64,000 bases of DNA from Rhynchopus sp. YZ270_cl-10 (lineage: Eukaryota), in NCBI GenBank assembly GCA_964035575.1, contig OZ037836.1, forward strand, positions 992,001-1,056,000, in the 5' to 3' direction. Positions 12,979-27,865 of this stretch are shown piece after piece. The translations under genes and the position numbers were made by a program. Position 1 is the stretch's first letter. Every line of letters begins with the position of its first letter. A model generated the notes under the pieces. That model made no database searches. It was not told the DNA's origin and was given only the letters and a program-made list of their open reading frames with translations.

Positions 12979-15900
12979 GCGAAATTTTTTGACTTAACAC
13001 TGCTTGTGCTTAGAAAACCCGAATTTTTTACCCTTCAAAATTGCATTTGAGGAACTCACAACGCGTCAAAACGAAAAGGTCGTTTTTGGCACTTTTAAAA
13101 CCGGGCTCCGCTGAGTTCACCATATTTTTGCTCGATTTATTTAGTGGAGTAACTAATTAGTAATCGTATTCTCGGACAAAAATTCGGGACGAGGTGTTAG
13201 ATAATTCCCCTGTATTTTACTAAGGGAAAATCCCTAGTAAAATACAGGCAAAAATCCAGGTAAAAATCACTTTGTCTCGATTTTTTAGTAAAAATACAGG
13301 GTGCAACGAAACCAGAAAAAAACTTCGCCATTGGACGTTTCTGGGTTCCGAGCTTTTAACGCAAAAAAAATCTATTTTTTTTTCGCGAAATTTTTTGACT
13401 TAACACTGCTTGTGCTTAGAAAACCCGAATTTTTTACCCTTCAAAATTGCATTTGAGGAACTCACAACGCGTCAAAACGAAAAGGTCGTTTTTGGCACTT
13501 TTAAAACCGGGCTCCGCTGAGTTCACCATATTTTTGCTCGATTTATTTAGTGGAGTAACTAATTAGTAATCGTATTCTCGGACAAAAATTCGGGACGAGG
13601 TGTTAGATAATTCCCCTGTATTTTACTAAGGGAAAATCCCTAGTAAAATACAGGCAAAAATCCAGGTAAAAATCACTTTGTCTCGATTTTTTAGTAAAAA
13701 TACAGGGTGCAACGAAACCAGAAAAAAACTTCGCCATTGGACGTTTCTGGGTTCCGAGCTTTTAACGCAAAAAAAATCTATTTTTTTTTCGCGAAATTTT
13801 TTGACTTAACACTGCTTGTGCTTAGAAAACCCGAATTTTTTACCCTTCAAAATTGCATTTGAGGAACTCACAACGCGTCAAAACGAAAAGGTCGTTTTTG
13901 GCACTTTTAAAACCGGGCTCCGCTGAGTTCACCATATTTTTGCTCGATTTATTTAGTGGAGTAACTAATTAGTAATCGTATTCTCGGACAAAAATTCGGG
14001 ACGAGGTGTTAGATAATTCCCCTGTATTTTACTAAGGGAAAATCCCTAGTAAAATACAGGCAAAAATCCAGGTAAAAATCACTTTGTCTCGATTTTTTAG
14101 TAAAAATACAGGGTGCAACGAAACCAGAAAAAAACTTCGCCATTGGACGTTTCTGGGTTCCGAGCTTTTAACGCAAAAAAAATCTATTTTTTTTTCGCGA
14201 AATTTTTTGACTTAACACTGCTTGTGCTTAGAAAACCCGAATTTTTTACCCTTCAAAATTGCATTTGAGGAACTCACAACGCGTCAAAACGAAAAGGTCG
14301 TTTTTGGCACTTTTAAAACCGGGCTCCGCTGAGTTCACCATATTTTTGCTCGATTTATTTAGTGGAGTAACTAATTAGTAATCGTATTCTCGGACAAAAA
14401 TTCGGGACGAGGTGTTAGATAATTCCCCTGTATTTTACTAAGGGAAAATCCCTAGTAAAATACAGGCAAAAATCCAGGTAAAAATCACTTTGTCTCGATT
14501 TTTTAGTAAAAATACAGGGTGCAACGAAACCAGAAAAAAACTTCGCCATTGGACGTTTCTGGGTTCCGAGCTTTTAACGCAAAAAAAATCTATTTTTTTT
14601 TCGCGAAATTTTTTGACTTAACACTGCTTGTGCTTAGAAAACCCGAATTTTTTACCCTTCAAAATTGCATTTGAGGAACTCACAACGCGTCAAAACGAAA
14701 AGGTCGTTTTTGGCACTTTTAAAACCGGGCTCCGCTGAGTTCACCATATTTTTGCTCGATTTATTTAGTGGAGTAACTAATTAGTAATCGTATTCTCGGA
14801 CAAAAATTCGGGACGAGGTGTTAGATAATTCCCCTGTATTTTACTAAGGGAAAATCCCTAGTAAAATACAGGCAAAAATCCAGGTAAAAATCACTTTGTC
14901 TCGATTTTTTAGTAAAAATACAGGGTGCAACGAAACCAGAAAAAAACTTCGCCATTGGACGTTTCTGGGTTCCGAGCTTTTAACGCAAAAAAAATCTATT
15001 TTTTTTTCGCGAAATTTTTTGACTTAACACTGCTTGTGCTTAGAAAACCCGAATTTTTTACCCTTCAAAATTGCATTTGAGGAACTCACAACGCGTCAAA
15101 ACGAAAAGGTCGTTTTTGGCACTTTTAAAACCGGGCTCCGCTGAGTTCACCATATTTTTGCTCGATTTATTTAGTGGAGTAACTAATTAGTAATCGTATT
15201 CTCGGACAAAAATTCGGGACGAGGTGTTAGATAATTCCCCTGTATTTTACTAAGGGAAAATCCCTAGTAAAATACAGGCAAAAATCCAGGTAAAAATCAC
15301 TTTGTCTCGATTTTTTAGTAAAAATACAGGGTGCAACGAAACCAGAAAAAAACTTCGCCATTGGACGTTTCTGGGTTCCGAGCTTTTAACGCAAAAAAAA
15401 TCTATTTTTTTTTCGCGAAATTTTTTGACTTAACACTGCTTGTGCTTAGAAAACCCGAATTTTTTACCCTTCAAAATTGCATTTGAGGAACTCACAACGC
15501 GTCAAAACGAAAAGGTCGTTTTTGGCACTTTTAAAACCGGGCTCCGCTGAGTTCACCATATTTTTGCTCGATTTATTTAGTGGAGTAACTAATTAGTAAT
15601 CGTATTCTCGGACAAAAATTCGGGACGAGGTGTTAGATAATTCCCCTGTATTTTACTAAGGGAAAATCCCTAGTAAAATACAGGCAAAAATCCAGGTAAA
15701 AATCACTTTGTCTCGATTTTTTAGTAAAAATACAGGGTGCAACGAAACCAGAAAAAAACTTCGCCATTGGACGTTTCTGGGTTCCGAGCTTTTAACGCAA
15801 AAAAAATCTATTTTTTTTTCGCGAAATTTTTTGACTTAACACTGCTTGTGCTTAGAAAACCCGAATTTTTTACCCTTCAAAATTGCATTTGAGGAACTCA

Positions 15901-18900
15901 CAACGCGTCAAAACGAAAAGGTCGTTTTTGGCACTTTTAAAACCGGGCTCCGCTGAGTTCACCATATTTTTGCTCGATTTATTTAGTGGAGTAACTAATT
16001 AGTAATCGTATTCTCGGACAAAAATTCGGGACGAGGTGTTAGATAATTCCCCTGTATTTTACTAAGGGAAAATCCCTAGTAAAATACAGGCAAAAATCCA
16101 GGTAAAAATCACTTTGTCTCGATTTTTTAGTAAAAATACAGGGTGCAACGAAACCAGAAAAAAACTTCGCCATTGGACGTTTCTGGGTTCCGAGCTTTTA
16201 ACGCAAAAAAAATCTATTTTTTTTTCGCGAAATTTTTTGACTTAACACTGCTTGTGCTTAGAAAACCCGAATTTTTTACCCTTCAAAATTGCATTTGAGG
16301 AACTCACAACGCGTCAAAACGAAAAGGTCGTTTTTGGCACTTTTAAAACCGGGCTCCGCTGAGTTCACCATATTTTTGCTCGATTTATTTAGTGGAGTAA
16401 CTAATTAGTAATCGTATTCTCGGACAAAAATTCGGGACGAGGTGTTAGATAATTCCCCTGTATTTTACTAAGGGAAAATCCCTAGTAAAATACAGGCAAA
16501 AATCCAGGTAAAAATCACTTTGTCTCGATTTTTTAGTAAAAATACAGGGTGCAACGAAACCAGAAAAAAACTTCGCCATTGGACGTTTCTGGGTTCCGAG
16601 CTTTTAACGCAAAAAAAATCTATTTTTTTTTCGCGAAATTTTTTGACTTAACACTGCTTGTGCTTAGAAAACCCGAATTTTTTACCCTTCAAAATTGCAT
16701 TTGAGGAACTCACAACGCGTCAAAACGAAAAGGTCGTTTTTGGCACTTTTAAAACCGGGCTCCGCTGAGTTCACCATATTTTTGCTCGATTTATTTAGTG
16801 GAGTAACTAATTAGTAATCGTATTCTCGGACAAAAATTCGGGACGAGGTGTTAGATAATTCCCCTGTATTTTACTAAGGGAAAATCCCTAGTAAAATACA
16901 GGCAAAAATCCAGGTAAAAATCACTTTGTCTCGATTTTTTAGTAAAAATACAGGGTGCAACGAAACCAGAAAAAAACTTCGCCATTGGACGTTTCTGGGT
17001 TCCGAGCTTTTAACGCAAAAAAAATCTATTTTTTTTTCGCGAAATTTTTTGACTTAACACTGCTTGTGCTTAGAAAACCCGAATTTTTTACCCTTCAAAA
17101 TTGCATTTGAGGAACTCACAACGCGTCAAAACGAAAAGGTCGTTTTTGGCACTTTTAAAACCGGGCTCCGCTGAGTTCACCATATTTTTGCTCGATTTAT
17201 TTAGTGGAGTAACTAATTAGTAATCGTATTCTCGGACAAAAATTCGGGACGAGGTGTTAGATAATTCCCCTGTATTTTACTAAGGGAAAATCCCTAGTAA
17301 AATACAGGCAAAAATCCAGGTAAAAATCACTTTGTCTCGATTTTTTAGTAAAAATACAGGGTGCAACGAAACCAGAAAAAAACTTCGCCATTGGACGTTT
17401 CTGGGTTCCGAGCTTTTAACGCAAAAAAAATCTATTTTTTTTTCGCGAAATTTTTTGACTTAACACTGCTTGTGCTTAGAAAACCCGAATTTTTTACCCT
17501 TCAAAATTGCATTTGAGGAACTCACAACGCGTCAAAACGAAAAGGTCGTTTTTGGCACTTTTAAAACCGGGCTCCGCTGAGTTCACCATATTTTTGCTCG
17601 ATTTATTTAGTGGAGTAACTAATTAGTAATCGTATTCTCGGACAAAAATTCGGGACGAGGTGTTAGATAATTCCCCTGTATTTTACTAAGGGAAAATCCC
17701 TAGTAAAATACAGGCAAAAATCCAGGTAAAAATCACTTTGTCTCGATTTTTTAGTAAAAATACAGGGTGCAACGAAACCAGAAAAAAACTTCGCCATTGG
17801 ACGTTTCTGGGTTCCGAGCTTTTAACGCAAAAAAAATCTATTTTTTTTTCGCGAAATTTTTTGACTTAACACTGCTTGTGCTTAGAAAACCCGAATTTTT
17901 TACCCTTCAAAATTGCATTTGAGGAACTCACAACGCGTCAAAACGAAAAGGTCGTTTTTGGCACTTTTAAAACCGGGCTCCGCTGAGTTCACCATATTTT
18001 TGCTCGATTTATTTAGTGGAGTAACTAATTAGTAATCGTATTCTCGGACAAAAATTCGGGACGAGGTGTTAGATAATTCCCCTGTATTTTACTAAGGGAA
18101 AATCCCTAGTAAAATACAGGCAAAAATCCAGGTAAAAATCACTTTGTCTCGATTTTTTAGTAAAAATACAGGGTGCAACGAAACCAGAAAAAAACTTCGC
18201 CATTGGACGTTTCTGGGTTCCGAGCTTTTAACGCAAAAAAAATCTATTTTTTTTTCGCGAAATTTTTTGACTTAACACTGCTTGTGCTTAGAAAACCCGA
18301 ATTTTTTACCCTTCAAAATTGCATTTGAGGAACTCACAACGCGTCAAAACGAAAAGGTCGTTTTTGGCACTTTTAAAACCGGGCTCCGCTGAGTTCACCA
18401 TATTTTTGCTCGATTTATTTAGTGGAGTAACTAATTAGTAATCGTATTCTCGGACAAAAATTCGGGACGAGGTGTTAGATAATTCCCCTGTATTTTACTA
18501 AGGGAAAATCCCTAGTAAAATACAGGCAAAAATCCAGGTAAAAATCACTTTGTCTCGATTTTTTAGTAAAAATACAGGGTGCAACGAAACCAGAAAAAAA
18601 CTTCGCCATTGGACGTTTCTGGGTTCCGAGCTTTTAACGCAAAAAAAATCTATTTTTTTTTCGCGAAATTTTTTGACTTAACACTGCTTGTGCTTAGAAA
18701 ACCCGAATTTTTTACCCTTCAAAATTGCATTTGAGGAACTCACAACGCGTCAAAACGAAAAGGTCGTTTTTGGCACTTTTAAAACCGGGCTCCGCTGAGT
18801 TCACCATATTTTTGCTCGATTTATTTAGTGGAGTAACTAATTAGTAATCGTATTCTCGGACAAAAATTCGGGACGAGGTGTTAGATAATTCCCCTGTATT

Positions 18901-21900
18901 TTACTAAGGGAAAATCCCTAGTAAAATACAGGCAAAAATCCAGGTAAAAATCACTTTGTCTCGATTTTTTAGTAAAAATACAGGGTGCAACGAAACCAGA
19001 AAAAAACTTCGCCATTGGACGTTTCTGGGTTCCGAGCTTTTAACGCAAAAAAAATCTATTTTTTTTTCGCGAAATTTTTTGACTTAACACTGCTTGTGCT
19101 TAGAAAACCCGAATTTTTTACCCTTCAAAATTGCATTTGAGGAACTCACAACGCGTCAAAACGAAAAGGTCGTTTTTGGCACTTTTAAAACCGGGCTCCG
19201 CTGAGTTCACCATATTTTTGCTCGATTTATTTAGTGGAGTAACTAATTAGTAATCGTATTCTCGGACAAAAATTCGGGACGAGGTGTTAGATAATTCCCC
19301 TGTATTTTACTAAGGGAAAATCCCTAGTAAAATACAGGCAAAAATCCAGGTAAAAATCACTTTGTCTCGATTTTTTAGTAAAAATACAGGGTGCAACGAA
19401 ACCAGAAAAAAACTTCGCCATTGGACGTTTCTGGGTTCCGAGCTTTTAACGCAAAAAAAATCTATTTTTTTTTCGCGAAATTTTTTGACTTAACACTGCT
19501 TGTGCTTAGAAAACCCGAATTTTTTACCCTTCAAAATTGCATTTGAGGAACTCACAACGCGTCAAAACGAAAAGGTCGTTTTTGGCACTTTTAAAACCGG
19601 GCTCCGCTGAGTTCACCATATTTTTGCTCGATTTATTTAGTGGAGTAACTAATTAGTAATCGTATTCTCGGACAAAAATTCGGGACGAGGTGTTAGATAA
19701 TTCCCCTGTATTTTACTAAGGGAAAATCCCTAGTAAAATACAGGCAAAAATCCAGGTAAAAATCACTTTGTCTCGATTTTTTAGTAAAAATACAGGGTGC
19801 AACGAAACCAGAAAAAAACTTCGCCATTGGACGTTTCTGGGTTCCGAGCTTTTAACGCAAAAAAAATCTATTTTTTTTTCGCGAAATTTTTTGACTTAAC
19901 ACTGCTTGTGCTTAGAAAACCCGAATTTTTTACCCTTCAAAATTGCATTTGAGGAACTCACAACGCGTCAAAACGAAAAGGTCGTTTTTGGCACTTTTAA
20001 AACCGGGCTCCGCTGAGTTCACCATATTTTTGCTCGATTTATTTAGTGGAGTAACTAATTAGTAATCGTATTCTCGGACAAAAATTCGGGACGAGGTGTT
20101 AGATAATTCCCCTGTATTTTACTAAGGGAAAATCCCTAGTAAAATACAGGCAAAAATCCAGGTAAAAATCACTTTGTCTCGATTTTTTAGTAAAAATACA
20201 GGGTGCAACGAAACCAGAAAAAAACTTCGCCATTGGACGTTTCTGGGTTCCGAGCTTTTAACGCAAAAAAAATCTATTTTTTTTTCGCGAAATTTTTTGA
20301 CTTAACACTGCTTGTGCTTAGAAAACCCGAATTTTTTACCCTTCAAAATTGCATTTGAGGAACTCACAACGCGTCAAAACGAAAAGGTCGTTTTTGGCAC
20401 TTTTAAAACCGGGCTCCGCTGAGTTCACCATATTTTTGCTCGATTTATTTAGTGGAGTAACTAATTAGTAATCGTATTCTCGGACAAAAATTCGGGACGA
20501 GGTGTTAGATAATTCCCCTGTATTTTACTAAGGGAAAATCCCTAGTAAAATACAGGCAAAAATCCAGGTAAAAATCACTTTGTCTCGATTTTTTAGTAAA
20601 AATACAGGGTGCAACGAAACCAGAAAAAAACTTCGCCATTGGACGTTTCTGGGTTCCGAGCTTTTAACGCAAAAAAAATCTATTTTTTTTTCGCGAAATT
20701 TTTTGACTTAACACTGCTTGTGCTTAGAAAACCCGAATTTTTTACCCTTCAAAATTGCATTTGAGGAACTCACAACGCGTCAAAACGAAAAGGTCGTTTT
20801 TGGCACTTTTAAAACCGGGCTCCGCTGAGTTCACCATATTTTTGCTCGATTTATTTAGTGGAGTAACTAATTAGTAATCGTATTCTCGGACAAAAATTCG
20901 GGACGAGGTGTTAGATAATTCCCCTGTATTTTACTAAGGGAAAATCCCTAGTAAAATACAGGCAAAAATCCAGGTAAAAATCACTTTGTCTCGATTTTTT
21001 AGTAAAAATACAGGGTGCAACGAAACCAGAAAAAAACTTCGCCATTGGACGTTTCTGGGTTCCGAGCTTTTAACGCAAAAAAAATCTATTTTTTTTTCGC
21101 GAAATTTTTTGACTTAACACTGCTTGTGCTTAGAAAACCCGAATTTTTTACCCTTCAAAATTGCATTTGAGGAACTCACAACGCGTCAAAACGAAAAGGT
21201 CGTTTTTGGCACTTTTAAAACCGGGCTCCGCTGAGTTCACCATATTTTTGCTCGATTTATTTAGTGGAGTAACTAATTAGTAATCGTATTCTCGGACAAA
21301 AATTCGGGACGAGGTGTTAGATAATTCCCCTGTATTTTACTAAGGGAAAATCCCTAGTAAAATACAGGCAAAAATCCAGGTAAAAATCACTTTGTCTCGA
21401 TTTTTTAGTAAAAATACAGGGTGCAACGAAACCAGAAAAAAACTTCGCCATTGGACGTTTCTGGGTTCCGAGCTTTTAACGCAAAAAAAATCTATTTTTT
21501 TTTCGCGAAATTTTTTGACTTAACACTGCTTGTGCTTAGAAAACCCGAATTTTTTACCCTTCAAAATTGCATTTGAGGAACTCACAACGCGTCAAAACGA
21601 AAAGGTCGTTTTTGGCACTTTTAAAACCGGGCTCCGCTGAGTTCACCATATTTTTGCTCGATTTATTTAGTGGAGTAACTAATTAGTAATCGTATTCTCG
21701 GACAAAAATTCGGGACGAGGTGTTAGATAATTCCCCTGTATTTTACTAAGGGAAAATCCCTAGTAAAATACAGGCAAAAATCCAGGTAAAAATCACTTTG
21801 TCTCGATTTTTTAGTAAAAATACAGGGTGCAACGAAACCAGAAAAAAACTTCGCCATTGGACGTTTCTGGGTTCCGAGCTTTTAACGCAAAAAAAATCTA

Positions 21901-24159
21901 TTTTTTTTTCGCGAAATTTTTTGACTTAACACTGCTTGTGCTTAGAAAACCCGAATTTTTTACCCTTCAAAATTGCATTTGAGGAACTCACAACGCGTCA
22001 AAACGAAAAGGTCGTTTTTGGCACTTTTAAAACCGGGCTCCGCTGAGTTCACCATATTTTTGCTCGATTTATTTAGTGGAGTAACTAATTAGTAATCGTA
22101 TTCTCGGACAAAAATTCGGGACGAGGTGTTAGATAATTCCCCTGTATTTTACTAAGGGAAAATCCCTAGTAAAATACAGGCAAAAATCCAGGTAAAAATC
22201 ACTTTGTCTCGATTTTTTAGTAAAAATACAGGGTGCAACGAAACCAGAAAAAAACTTCGCCATTGGACGTTTCTGGGTTCCGAGCTTTTAACGCAAAAAA
22301 AATCTATTTTTTTTTCGCGAAATTTTTTGACTTAACACTGCTTGTGCTTAGAAAACCCGAATTTTTTACCCTTCAAAATTGCATTTGAGGAACTCACAAC
22401 GCGTCAAAACGAAAAGGTCGTTTTTGGCACTTTTAAAACCGGGCTCCGCTGAGTTCACCATATTTTTGCTCGATTTATTTAGTGGAGTAACTAATTAGTA
22501 ATCGTATTCTCGGACAAAAATTCGGGACGAGGTGTTAGATAATTCCCCTGTATTTTACTAAGGGAAAATCCCTAGTAAAATACAGGCAAAAATCCAGGTA
22601 AAAATCACTTTGTCTCGATTTTTTAGTAAAAATACAGGGTGCAACGAAACCAGAAAAAAACTTCGCCATTGGACGTTTCTGGGTTCCGAGCTTTTAACGC
22701 AAAAAAAATCTATTTTTTTTTCGCGAAATTTTTTGACTTAACACTGCTTGTGCTTAGAAAACCCGAATTTTTTACCCTTCAAAATTGCATTTGAGGAACT
22801 CACAACGCGTCAAAACGAAAAGGTCGTTTTTGGCACTTTTAAAACCGGGCTCCGCTGAGTTCACCATATTTTTGCTCGATTTATTTAGTGGAGTAACTAA
22901 TTAGTAATCGTATTCTCGGACAAAAATTCGGGACGAGGTGTTAGATAATTCCCCTGTATTTTACTAAGGGAAAATCCCTAGTAAAATACAGGCAAAAATC
23001 CAGGTAAAAATCACTTTGTCTCGATTTTTTAGTAAAAATACAGGGTGCAACGAAACCAGAAAAAAACTTCGCCATTGGACGTTTCTGGGTTCCGAGCTTT
23101 TAACGCAAAAAAAATCTATTTTTTTTTCGCGAAATTTTTTGACTTAACACTGCTTGTGCTTAGAAAACCCGAATTTTTTACCCTTCAAAATTGCATTTGA
23201 GGAACTCACAACGCGTCAAAACGAAAAGGTCGTTTTTGGCACTTTTAAAACCGGGCTCCGCTGAGTTCACCATATTTTTGCTCGATTTATTTAGTGGAGT
23301 AACTAATTAGTAATCGTATTCTCGGACAAAAATTCGGGACGAGGTGTTAGATAATTCCCCTGTATTTTACTAAGGGAAAATCCCTAGTAAAATACAGGCA
23401 AAAATCCAGGTAAAAATCACTTTGTCTCGATTTTTTAGTAAAAATACAGGGTGCAACGAAACCAGAAAAAAACTTCGCCATTGGACGTTTCTGGGTTCCG
23501 AGCTTTTAACGCAAAAAAAATCTATTTTTTTTTCGCGAAATTTTTTGACTTAACACTGCTTGTGCTTAGAAAACCCGAATTTTTTACCCTTCAAAATTGC
23601 ATTTGAGGAACTCACAACGCGTCAAAACGAAAAGGTCGTTTTTGGCACTTTTAAAACCGGGCTCCGCTGAGTTCACCATATTTTTGCTCGATTTATTTAG
23701 TGGAGTAACTAATTAGTAATCGTATTCTCGGACAAAAATTCGGGACGAGGTGTTAGATAATTCCCCTGTATTTTACTAAGGGAAAATCCCTAGTAAAATA
23801 CAGGCAAAAATCCAGGTAAAAATCACTTTGTCTCGATTTTTTAGTAAAAATACAGGGTGCAACGAAACCAGAAAAAAACTTCGCCATTGGACGTTTCTGG
23901 GTTCCGAGCTTTTAACGCAAAAAAAATCTATTTTTTTTTCGCGAAATTTTTTGACTTAACACTGCTTGTGCTTAGAAAACCCGAATTTTTTACCCTTCAA
24001 AATTGCATTTGAGGAACTCACAACGCGTCAAAACGAAAAGGTCGTTTTTGGCACTTTTAAAACCGGGCTCCGCTGAGTTCACCATATTTTTGCTCGATTT
24101 ATTTAGTGGAGTAACTAATTAGTAATCGTATTCTCGGACAAAAATTCGGGACGAGGTGT
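12979..24159. repeat. 406-bp tandem satellite, ~27.5 apparently identical copies
   Basis: GAAATTTTTTGACTTAAC recurs at 12981, 13387, 13793, 14199 ... 23131 (25 x 406), 23537 and 23943; no long ORFs. Confidence 0.98.
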
Positions 24160-25795
24160 AAAAATAAAAAAAAATTTGGGGAAAAAAATTTGACGGGCCT
24201 CAGAGGCCTGGTCATATGGGCCAGTCTCCGAAGGACGCTCCATTTACAACCAAGAGTGTGCCTTTGTACACCCTCTTCAGGTAAAAACCATCTAAGATGT
24301 GTAAAAACACCTGCCTCGCACAGTCCCAACACAAAATTTTCCGCTCGCTGCGCTCGCGGAGGTACACCTTAAAAATTTTTTCCGCTCGCTTCGCTCGCGG
24401 AAGTACCCCCAAATTTTTCTCCGCTCGCTGCGCTCGCGGAAAGACACCCCCAATGTGGACTGTTACGTGAAATAAAAAAACGGGCGTGGAAAATTTTTTT
24501 TGAGCCTCCCACGATTTCATAAAAACCCAAAATTTAGCGTCAGGCCCTGGTTTCCCCATTTTCCCGTGAATTTTCACACCTCTTCCAACTTTGTCAGGGA
24601 GGAGCGCGCGCGAAGCGCGCGCGACGACCGCTTGTGTGGGGAGAAAGCTCGGAATGTACTTTTCTGAAGGGGGAAAAAAATCTTCTTCAAAATTCACACC
24701 CGAAGAAGGAGCGAAGAATCCCTGTGGGAGGGGAAAAAAAAAAAAAGAGGGGATTTTTGAGCACTTTTGGGGACCCCTCGCCCGACCCCCAGATGACTGG
24801 AATGATGGAACCTTAAAATTTTTCTGCTTGCTGCGTACCGTACCCCTTATTTTTTTTGCCTGCGGCGCCATTTTCCTTTTTTGCTCCGCAAAAAAGGGTT
24901 TGTTGAGTGACTGTGTGGTGTAAACCAGCATTTTTACACCGTACCCTATTTTTTTTCGCCTGCGGCGCCATTTATTTTTGTTCATACGGCTAAATAATCG
25001 CAGGGTGGCGTTCGCGAAGTTTGACGAATACAAGCGCGTGCAAAAAGTAGTTATCCAGAGGAGAAAGGAATGGAAACCACCAACCCTGAACAGTACTTGA
25101 CCTGCCTTTCCCGGGGGGAAAATTTTTTTTATCAACTAAATCTGAGAAAATTGCGAATTTGACGATAATGGGCTGAAAAAAAACCAAAAAAAAAAAAACC
25201 CAAAAAAAAATTCGCCTCGGGCCGACTTTTTTTTGAGTCGGGCCGACTTTTTTCGACTCGGGCCGACTCGGGCCGACTCTGAAAAAAAAATTTTTGAAAA
25301 AAAAAATAACGAAAAGTGGTCGGCCCGAGTCGGCCCGACTCGGCCCGACTACCATCTATGGAAACCCCGGTTTGCAAAAAAAAAAACGCACCACAAAAAT
25401 ATCCAAAAATCCCGGAACAAAGGACAGAAGTTAGCGCAAAGCCTGGACGTGACCTTGAAGTTACCATTTTTATTTTTTTTGAGAACAGCGTTAGGACCCC
25501 TGGAGAAGGGATGTGAAGAAAAAAAAAGAAGAAGTTGAAAAGCGCAAAAACGTCTCACCGTTCCTCTGCGGACGCAGGTACTCTTTATGAGACCAAGCCT
25601 CGAACGCCTCTCGTGTATCAAATATTTTGGGGTGTAAACAGGAAACGGTACTGTACTGTACAAACAAAAGGGGGGACCTGAACAGATCACTTTGTGTAAG
25701 TTTTGGTGATAGTCGCGGGACCCTTTGGGGATTGACTTCGCACAGCTAAGGACCAGCTAAGAAACACATGAAACATGCATTTGCGGCCCTATGAC

Positions 25796-27540
25796 TTACG
25801 TAGTCTTTGCGTGGAATGGGTCCTCTGAAAAGCCAAAGGAGAGGGGCTTGAAATGCCTTTTGTTGATCGACTCCAGGATGTGACTGAGACGCGGGGGGAG
25901 CTCGGGGAGCGGGCTGGGTAGTGCGTCGAACTTCTCCTCCAGAACAGACCTGACGACGCTGTTCTGTGCAAGCAGATCGCCTCCTTCGTTCCTGTCAGCC
26001 TCCAGCTGGTACATCCACTCCTCATTCTTGGACTCCTTCTTGTGTACAATGTTCCATATCATCCTGGCATTGGACTTCGGGTGAATGCATTTGTGGATGA
26101 GCTCTAGCTCGAAGACACTTCCCACCTTCTCGCGCATCTTGTTGTCCAGTGTGCACTTCAATGTGAGGGTTTTGTTTAAGGTCTCGAGAAGCTGGACCCA
26201 CATCACGTCGTCGGAGATCACTGTGAAGCGCCTGGATGTCATTGTCCCGATGTTGCCAACGCGCGCCGAGCCTGAGGCCACGGCACATGAGAGGTTGAAG
26301 TTCATCGCAGGGACCTCGCGAAGTGCGTTGCTGGCATCTAATGACGCATCGCAAGCAAGCGTGGCACTGCTGTACACAGCGCGTGCTGCGTTCCATGTGA
26401 ACAGCAGGCGGTCACCTGACATCGTGTCCAGGACCCCTTGGTATGACATCGCCAGCGCCACCACAGTGCCCACAAATAAGCTGCTCTGCTCGAGAACAAG
26501 CCTCTCAGTGGCGGACTGTGCTGTCCACCCACACTTCACCAAATTGAACTGTGCCAGTGTGACACTCTTCTCCTCGAGGTACAGTGACAGCCGCACCCCC
26601 GCAGACACCTTTTTCACCTTACTGAGAGGCTGCTGGCATGTCCGCTAGGCCGGGTTGAGTGGGACGTTTGCGATGCTGATGTCGTATTCTCTACGCCGAT
26701 GCTGCTGCGGTCGTCGTCCACAACGTCGTCCGGTTGTATGGCTGCAGGCATGAAGGCCTTGAACTCTTGGATGCGTGCCGCCGTTGCTGTCATGCCGTCC
26801 ACCACCGTGCGCACCTCCCGCACCATCAGGCACCGTGTCTGGTATGTGGCCACCTCATCCATCGCGATCTCAGTATACATATCCCCCAGCGCTGTGATGG
26901 CTGCCGACAGACGCTTCAAAGGGAAAGCGATGAACACAGACTCCATGACGGCCACCGTCATGTCAAACACCAACACAAGCACAGTAAACAGAATCAGGAA
27001 GATGAGCGCCTCGACAAACTTGCTTTGCACAGCACTGACAGGCTGCAGCCACACGAGCACCAGGTCTTTGTGCGGTGCAGGGGCACGGCGGATGTAGTGC
27101 TCACTCCCGTCCAGGGACGACTTCCCAAAGTACGTCGCGCCCTCTCTGGACAGCGCTGCGACACCCTCTTGCGCCACAAGCGGAAGCGTGCTCACCGTGC
27201 GCACACAGTCATCCGTGGCGTGCACTCCGCACGCGCCATGCCACCGTACGTCGACGCGTACACGATCCCACTCTTGAGCTCCACCAGGAACGCGATCTTC
27301 TCGGGGTGGTCACGGCCGAACTCATCAAACGCCTTTTGGAACGTGTTGTACATCAGGCCGACGTACACCCCCACCGCCTTGTACGTGCTCCACGGGTGTG
27401 GTGGCGGCGGTGGCGGGAAGATGAAATCGAGCATCGCATAGAAGTAAAGATTGTTGTCGTACGCACGCCACTGCGTCATTGACGTACACTGCGACGCGGC
27501 AGCACCGGCCAGAAGGTTCTTGTTGGGGAAGCCTGTGTCC
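25796..27540 (-). pseudogene. 5'-deleted, frameshifted copy of the receptor cyclase-like gene
   Basis: Matches 32567-34334; 1-bp deletion near 26623, short deletion near 27220, and the N-terminal ~210 codons are missing. Confidence 0.9.
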
Positions 27541-27865
27541 AGAAAAAACAGAGAACATATGCTTTGCTTCTCTTTCTTTATGAGCGTTCTTGCTTTGCAT
27601 CGATGCATCCACACCAGTGTTCACATTGACATCGATTTCTCTTTCACCCTGACGACCGACCGCTTGAACCGCTCTTGTTATTGGTTCCGTTGTCTTCCTG
27701 TTCAAAAACACTTGACCCCCGTCTTTAAAAAAAATAGTGTCCCCATTCGTATATTCCGAATTTCCCAGAAGAAACCTCTTGTCTGTGCGGTACATGAAGC
27801 TGGTGTAGAGCACAGACATGGATGGAGAGGGGCTGTCTATGTGGAGAGAGGTGAAAAGGGGGGTA

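Larger units (their letters stand above)
9865..25360. mobile_element. 15.5-kb non-autonomous DNA transposon with CATAGATGG termini (hAT- or P-like) carrying satellites
   Basis: TIR CATAGATGGTAGTCGG at 9865 and CCGACTACCATCTATG ending at 25360; subterminal GGGCCGACTC/GAGTCGG repeats at both ends. Flanks GAAACC(gtt) and GAAACC(ccgg) match an empty paralogous site TAAGGAAACCCCGG at ~3207. Confidence 0.8.

Noticed and set aside
12979..24159. CRISPR array, spliced-leader or 5S rRNA array
   Set aside because: No unique spacers, and no SL exon or 5S sequence recognised in the monomer.
24212..25135. 307-aa minus-strand ORF
   Set aside because: Homopolymer-rich MITE sequence giving K/F-rich translation.
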